Shown here piece after piece: positions 57,129-58,570 of a stretch of 58,570 nucleotides of DNA. The notes under the pieces are model-generated. The model was not told the origin of the DNA. It searched no databases and saw nothing but the letters and a program-made list of their open reading frames with translations. The stretch is from Bacteroidota bacterium. GTDB taxonomy: Bacteria > Bacteroidota > Bacteroidia > UKL13-3. Where the stretch lies: assembly GCA_027487625.1 (NCBI GenBank), contig JAIYDG010000525.1:1-58570 (forward strand). The letters run 5' to 3'. The translations under genes were made by a program, and so were the position numbers. The stretch's first letter is position 1. Each line of letters begins with the position of its first letter.

Positions 57129-58295
57129 ATGATTCTTGTTAATAAGTACGAACCACAGATTTCTGCAGACCATGCTTTCATCGATTGTATCAGGCAACAC
57201 GATGAGCTAAGGAATATCTATGAATTTATCGATTTGCCTGAGCAAATTAGAGCGATTGAGGCTCAAAATAGTTCTATTCTTAGGAACTATTATGCCAATG
57301 CTTTGGATCATAACCTAATTGAAATAAAGACGGTAAAGTACATCATCAATAAAAACTTACGTGCGAGCGGCCTGAATGAACGCGCAATCGAAGTTTTTAG
57401 TAAAGCAGAATCTTTGCTTCTTGAAAGTTTAGATCAGCCTTTGAGTTTACCTCTTTTTTATCAATTACATAAAATCCTGGTTTTAGAACTTTACCAAGGA
57501 AATGGAGATGTTAATTTGTTTTCTAGTAACCAAATTCAGTTTCCTGAAAGACTAAATGTTGAAACTGAACTGGAATTGGATGGTTTATTCGAATTTTTGA
57601 ATGCTGACAATGAATTTCATCCAATAGTACAATCGTGGATGCTGCATTTTAAATTAATGTCGTTAAATATTTTTGAGGAACTAAAACCAAAAGTAGCTTG
57701 CCTTTTACAATATTTCTGGTTGTCTAAAAAACAAATGGATTTATTTGGTTTATTGAGCCTAGAGCACGAATTGTACATCAACAAAAATGAATACCTCCAA
57801 CTTACTAAATCTGATGAAGTAAATTTAAATGAACAATTGATTTTTGGTTTAAGAATGCACCTTGATCAATTAACTAAAATCAAGGATTTACTAAGAACAT
57901 TTTTCAGAAAACAGGTTGATTTCGAAAAATTAAATCCGCGCCAAAAAAACATCATGAATTATGTTTTTGAACGTGGTTATAAATTAAAAGAGATTGATGA
58001 GAATGTATTAAACAAGCGTCAGAAGCTTATCATGTACATTGTTCAACATAGAGGCTTTATTTCAACTAAAGAATTAGTAAACGAATTCGATTGTAACAGA
58101 AAAACTATTCAGAGAGATTTTGCTTTGTTACTCGAATTAGGTTTGGTTCGTTCAATTGGTGCGGGAGCTGGGTTACGTTATTGCATCAACTTACATGAGA
58201 AAACAAATCCTCAACTTGAAACTTATCAGGCAGATTTTGTCAATAACAACGAGAATTCTGGAATGGAGGAAGAGGAATTCAACGACGAAATTTAA
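57129..58295 (+). CDS. Fic-like fold protein with a degenerate active site and a C-terminal DeoR-type winged HTH
   Basis: 388 aa. The segment HPIVQSWMLHFKLMSLNIFEELKPKVACLL aligns by eye to Fic HP...H..l..IHPFxDGNGRxxRLL, but His, Gly-Asn-Gly and both Arg residues are replaced. The C-terminus FISTKELVNEFDCNRKTIQRDFALLLELGLV is an HTH. The tail is acidic. Confidence 0.5.
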   Translation: MILVNKYEPQISADHAFIDCIRQHDELRNIYEFIDLPEQIRAIEAQNSSILRNYYANALDHNLIEIKTVKYIINKNLRASGLNERAIEVFSKAESLLLESLDQPLSLPLFYQLHKILVLELYQGNGDVNLFSSNQIQFPERLNVETELELDGLFEFLNADNEFHPIVQSWMLHFKLMSLNIFEELKPKVACLLQYFWLSKKQMDLFGLLSLEHELYINKNEYLQLTKSDEVNLNEQLIFGLRMHLDQLTKIKDLLRTFFRKQVDFEKLNPRQKNIMNYVFERGYKLKEIDENVLNKRQKLIMYIVQHRGFISTKELVNEFDCNRKTIQRDFALLLELGLVRSIGAGAGLRYCINLHEKTNPQLETYQADFVNNNENSGMEEEEFNDEI

Positions 58296-58320
58296 TAGAA
58301 TTAATTTAATCAAATAAAAA

Positions 58321-58356
58321 GGGCTGACTCATAACATGAATCAGCCCTTTGTTTTT
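58321..58356. terminator. Bidirectional terminator between convergent genes
   Basis: A5 + 12-bp stem gggctgactcat / atgaatcagccc with one mismatch (a G.U wobble on the minus transcript) and a 3-nt loop, followed by tttgttttt. Confidence 0.75.
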
Positions 58357-58570
58357 ACAATTCGTCTTCGTTGTAAAAATAATCTTCATTGGTTGGATAG
58401 TCTGGCCAGATCTCTTCGATGGTTTCAAATGGTTCTCCATCATCTTCGAGTTCCTGCAGGTTTTCTATCACTTCCAAAGGTGCTCCCGAGCGGATTGAAT
58501 AGTCAATCAATTCATCTTTGGTTGCTGGCCATGGCGCATCATCCAGATAAGAAGCAAGTTCAAGTGTCCA
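58355..58570 (-). CDS. DUF2795-like small protein, N-terminus beyond the window (partial)
   Basis: Not in the ORF track because it is open at the window edge. My reverse-strand translation reads WTLELASYLDDAPWPATKDELIDYSIRSGAPLEVIENLQELEDDGEPFETIEEIWPDYPTNEDYFYNEDEL*, with the stop at complement of 58355-58357. The (F/W)PATKDELI...GAP..V...L pattern is typical of DUF2795. Confidence 0.65.
   Translation of the reverse strand, partial: WTLELASYLDDAPWPATKDELIDYSIRSGAPLEVIENLQELEDDGEPFETIEEIWPDYPTNEDYFYNEDEL

Noticed and set aside
1-58570. Mobile elements, prophage, defence islands, CRISPR arrays, tRNA/rRNA genes
   Set aside because: Reading all ORF products and the intergenic regions, I saw no transposase, integrase, recombinase, Cas, restriction-modification, toxin-antitoxin or phage structural signatures. 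No intergenic region has tRNA-like cloverleaf potential or repeat-spacer structure. This is by-eye inspection only; tRNAscan, Infernal or PADLOC-type tools were not run.

Overview
This is an AT-rich chromosomal segment that looks like Bacteroidota, probably Flavobacteriia-like. Four secreted proteins end in type-A T9SS C-terminal sorting domains, several genes carry lipoprotein signal peptides, Shine-Dalgarno sequences are absent, and operons are tightly packed. I support about 36 protein-coding genes. I found no rRNA, tRNA, CRISPR array, transposase, integrase or phage genes by eye.

Housekeeping anchors are uvrA, panD, ndk, hflX, an acyl-CoA dehydrogenase and rfaE2. The accessory or unusual content falls into seven groups:

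1. **Sensor operon (1-8583, minus strand).** FIST protein -> hybrid kinase -> multi-PAS/GAF protein. The last gene is missing from the ORF track because it is open at the window edge.
2. **Candidate glycan/cell-wall O-acetylation cluster (9866-16914).** An MBOAT protein, two SGNH hydrolases and a glucosaminidase, interrupted by an LruC lipoprotein gene.
3. **Secreted GH13 amylase.** It carries an in-frame T19 tract.
4. **Translationally coupled uptake operon (23364-28806).** HmuY-like protein with a T9SS domain -> TonB-dependent receptor -> HmuY-like lipoprotein -> PD40 propeller.
5. **Five-gene surface locus (32221-47017), the best candidate for an undescribed system.** It encodes a small protein, two paralogous giant beta-propeller/FN3-like T9SS proteins, an orphan lipoprotein, and a barrel-TSP3-OmpA protein with an in-frame A16 tract.
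6. **Candidate periplasmic glycosylation module (52303-56938).** GT2 -> methyltransferase -> GT-C with TPR repeats.
7. **Degenerate Fic-like protein with a DeoR-type HTH.**

All family assignments come from motif reading only. No database search was run.
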